57,822 nucleotides of DNA from NCBI GenBank assembly GCA_013216195.1, contig JABSOQ010000006.1, forward strand, positions 1 to 57,822, in the 5' to 3' direction. A model generated the notes under the pieces. The model ran no database searches. It was given only the letters and a program-made list of their open reading frames with translations, and was not told the origin of the DNA. Source of the DNA: Bdellovibrionales bacterium. GTDB lineage: Bacteria > Bdellovibrionota > Bdellovibrionia > Bdellovibrionales > UBA1609. The position numbers and the translations under genes are program-made. Shown here piece by piece: positions 57,501 through 57,822 of the stretch; within the stretch, counting starts at the first letter, position 1; each line of letters opens with the position of its first letter.

Positions 57501-57822
57501 GTGACTATCGCACCAGGAACAAATGTAGAGCAGGTCTACTTCTTGGGCCAGTATCCAGATACACTCAATCTAACTGCATCAGATGCAAACGCTGTGTTAA
57601 CAGCTGCAATATTGCCGTGGAATGTGCTAGCAGACTGGAGCTGGTTAGGTACCTCATCGACCCTGTTTGATGATAACGGTGACCCTTTGGGTTTCATAAC
57701 GGGCGAGCGACAAGTTGCCGCTGCATTTGATGGTATTCGTGGTGGTATTCAGGTCGAAATGTCAGATGATGGCAACTACCTTTATGTTGCCGAGTTAAAT
57801 CGCCACCGGGTCACAAAATTTG
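54552..57822 (+). CDS. Giant surface lipoprotein (FN3 x2, invasin/Big-like Ig domains, Cys-paired Ig repeats, start of NHL beta-propeller); 3'-truncated by the window
   Basis: Absent from the ORF track, consistent with no stop before the window end; the frame was checked by hand at the start, at several internal points and at the end. M(54552 or 54594)..VSLTG-C lipobox; LRWTAS..GYNIY..GL..GFFYNFRVRAID (FN3); GVATFSDL (Big-like); ends GNYLYVAELNRHRVTKF (NHL). Confidence 0.85.
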   Translation, partial: MGSKNAITNFLSITMNKKFTLAALLIVQVSLTGCLPEDEALPSSSGDATVRYTGFEGLESVETLSATKLKLRWTASTNPNVVGYNIYDTTLFSLPRLVKTVNAGRSEATLAGLSEGFFYNFRVRAIDSNGVEDSNMNDLVGIPYDGMTDVTVLSSTSARVTFSSVPESEASEVNIYCKSDSQPEFTRFANIRNLTLSSFDLTGLVASETYTCKALVTVDGSEDSNQNEFTFVPLGQADSIAFSAQPGNAAAGDLLTTQPVVEILDSNGNRVTGGPDSSALITLIISPDSPSIGAVQGTFAVNAVQGVATFSDLNIREAGIKILRAVKSDTSSEVFGTAIMNVDSGTFNITPGNVSAALSSVTIDPAVPPADPLIANGLDAYTVNIALRDEFGNAVQGTTPQFATNIVGDFMIQPFLPTDDNGQTSGSLSTTVADTTPARILNLVSPAGLTSVQVLAPFQPGPASRLAFSRQPTNSPAGELAMAEVRVSVQDAQGNLITTGSDASSVIALAIASNVGGAVLSGTVSKNAVNGEAVFNDLGIDITDTGYRLVASSGALTPAFSNSFNVTAGIPRVIAIFGDDSVLSGDCSDAITIQLQDLGGNPAAALSNTTVQLSGLSNANFYTSSTCGGTPVSSNITFTPGTSTRTYYLRGVPVEQLSILGEDASSVLTDGNFTVNVSPNKMAISALMPSPPAAPGTSLSVPAGQCSSRITITPLADDGTPGPVSESIGVLLNGVVGSQARFYSDPSCTTEIDPGDFELQQNPAPNVETVLYLMDPRGETLNVNVADPDGEITTTSLPQEIIVTASNIDLSGPSTVVAGQCSSAFQIQLLDTLSNLVPTSGNLSLQINGVNGVSTTGQFYTSPACSGAPSNSATIVPDASSSISIYFRGFQAEVLGISIEDPAGNLIESQTIDLTVSPSALTISGPGGVSSDSSECSGPFDIQPLDGVGSVANAVTPIEVNLTGVGIAGGFYVDNDCETLTTAVTIAPGTNVEQVYFLGQYPDTLNLTASDANAVLTAAILPWNVLADWSWLGTSSTLFDDNGDPLGFITGERQVAAAFDGIRGGIQVEMSDDGNYLYVAELNRHRVTKF
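56290..57620 (+). repeat. Four ~115-aa Cys-paired repeats (xxCS...FYxxxxC)
   Basis: GDCS/FYTSSTC, GQCS/FYSDPSC, GQCS/FYTSPAC, SECS/FYVDNDC; first Cys codons at 56310, 56667, 57012 and 57357. Confidence 0.75.

Overview
A ~58 kb chromosomal segment of roughly 46% GC. Gene content suggests a Bdellovibrio-like predatory bacterium (Bdellovibrionota); this is inferred from the many PilZ/GYF/ankyrin/lipoprotein hypotheticals, orphan motAB and large Ig/vWA lipoproteins. Housekeeping genes include citrate synthase, elbB, thiBPQ, add, a transketolase, tatA, pcnB, a DEAD-box helicase, mutY, alaS, recX and phoD. Accessory genes encode surface or secreted proteins: a His-ladder beta-solenoid, a secreted catalase-like protein, a 9-Ig-repeat vWA lipoprotein, a metzincin, and an ABC permease-ankyrin fusion. 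The best candidate for an undescribed system is at the right end (45.2-57.8 kb). There, motAB is divergent from genes for a GYF-domain membrane protein, a ~1240-aa coiled coil ending in PLPPLPP, a LysM lipoprotein, a beta-barrel and a giant FN3/Ig/NHL lipoprotein that runs off the window and is missing from the ORF track. Several of these have sigma28-like promoters, and the parts list parallels the Myxococcus focal-adhesion machinery. Also seen: sigma54 promoters with a shared enhancer palindrome (one apparently driving an sRNA or small ORF), and two reading frames broken by in-frame stops (thiB and possibly the metzincin gene). No rRNA, tRNA, CRISPR array or mobile element was recognised. 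All product calls come from motif recognition by eye; no database searches were run.
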